Made by a program: the position numbers and the translations under genes. Below, one piece after another: positions 59,246 through 59,612 of a DNA stretch of 59,612 nucleotides. The DNA comes from Bacteroidales bacterium. Its GTDB lineage: Bacteria > Bacteroidota > Bacteroidia > Bacteroidales > P3. The stretch covers positions 1 through 59,612 of the forward strand of contig JAFVWV010000149.1 in assembly GCA_017501495.1 (NCBI GenBank), read 5' to 3'. Numbering within the stretch: the first letter of the stretch is position 1; each line of letters starts with the position of its first letter. The notes beneath the pieces were generated by a model. The model had not been told where the DNA came from and made no database searches. It was given only the letters and a program-made list of their open reading frames with translations.

Positions 59246-59464
59246 TTAGATTTTTTTCTTGTAAACGGAGATCACGCCGTCGGGGCACACCATGGCGCAG
59301 CTGGCGCAGCCGATGCAGTTGTCATTGACGGTATGGGTGAAGTTGTAGCCCTTGCCGTTTACTTCTTTCGACAGCTCGATGCACTTCATCGGGCATACGG
59401 GTACACAGACTCCGCAGCCTTTGCAGTGCTCGGTATCGATGATGATTTGTCCTTTAAATGCCAT
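59246..59464 (-). CDS. 4Fe-4S ferredoxin-type delta subunit of the oxidoreductase
   Basis: 72 aa with CKGCGVCVPVCP and CIGCASCAMVCP. Confidence 0.9.
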   Translation of the reverse strand: MAFKGQIIIDTEHCKGCGVCVPVCPMKCIELSKEVNGKGYNFTHTVNDNCIGCASCAMVCPDGVISVYKKKI

Positions 59465-59520
59465 AATTTTAATGTTATAAGATTAATATTGCGTTTTTTC
59501 GTTCTCGAAATAACTGCCTG

Positions 59521-59528
59521 CAAAGATA
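59521..59528 (-). promoter_or_regulatory. -7 promoter box (tatctttg on the minus strand) of the oxidoreductase operon
   Basis: Plus-strand caaagata at 59521-59528, about 55 nt upstream of the delta-subunit ATG. Confidence 0.55.
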
Positions 59529-59612
59529 CGAAATAAAAATCAAATATCGCCAAAAATGGTGAGAAATATTTTTAGTCTACACCCAATGATTTGTTTATCA
59601 GCACGTTTAACC

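Overview
A 59.6 kb chromosomal window from a high-GC Bacteroidales-type genome. The taxon guess rests on TAnnTTTG -7 promoter boxes before many genes, a T9SS C-terminal sorting domain and the gene content. Most of the window is housekeeping: gdhA, aroQ, an ECF sigma/anti-sigma pair with three outer-membrane barrel genes, rimP-nusA-infB, tRNA-Arg(CCT), hrpB, an MBOAT locus, a C69 dipeptidase, a rubredoxin/ferritin/rubrerythrin cluster, lpxK, hisS and a four-gene 2-oxoacid:ferredoxin oxidoreductase operon. The stand-out region is an AT-rich, tightly packed operon at about 23.6-34.9 kb. It has the parts list of an LlaJI-type restriction system: two m5C methyltransferases, a McrB-like GTPase and a McrC-like nuclease. 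Two extra modules interrupt it. Between the two methyltransferases sit a fused MORC-like GHKL ATPase/histidine-kinase protein (currently frameshifted) and a receiver-domain protein with an unrecognisable C-terminal domain. A Fic gene sits between the McrB-like and McrC-like genes. A sharp composition breakpoint falls at the domain boundary inside the McrB-like gene. I read this as a two-component-signalling-coupled restriction/defence system, and it is the best candidate for something undescribed. Other oddities: an in-frame TAG inside infB; a vsr gene carrying an in-frame copy of an intergenic repeat within its zinc-ligand segment; two families of large palindromic intergenic repeats; a 128-bp tandem repeat; three stand-alone paralogous hypothetical genes; and a shared leader motif before two oxidative-stress genes. 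All calls come from reading the sequence and ORF track by eye, with no database search.
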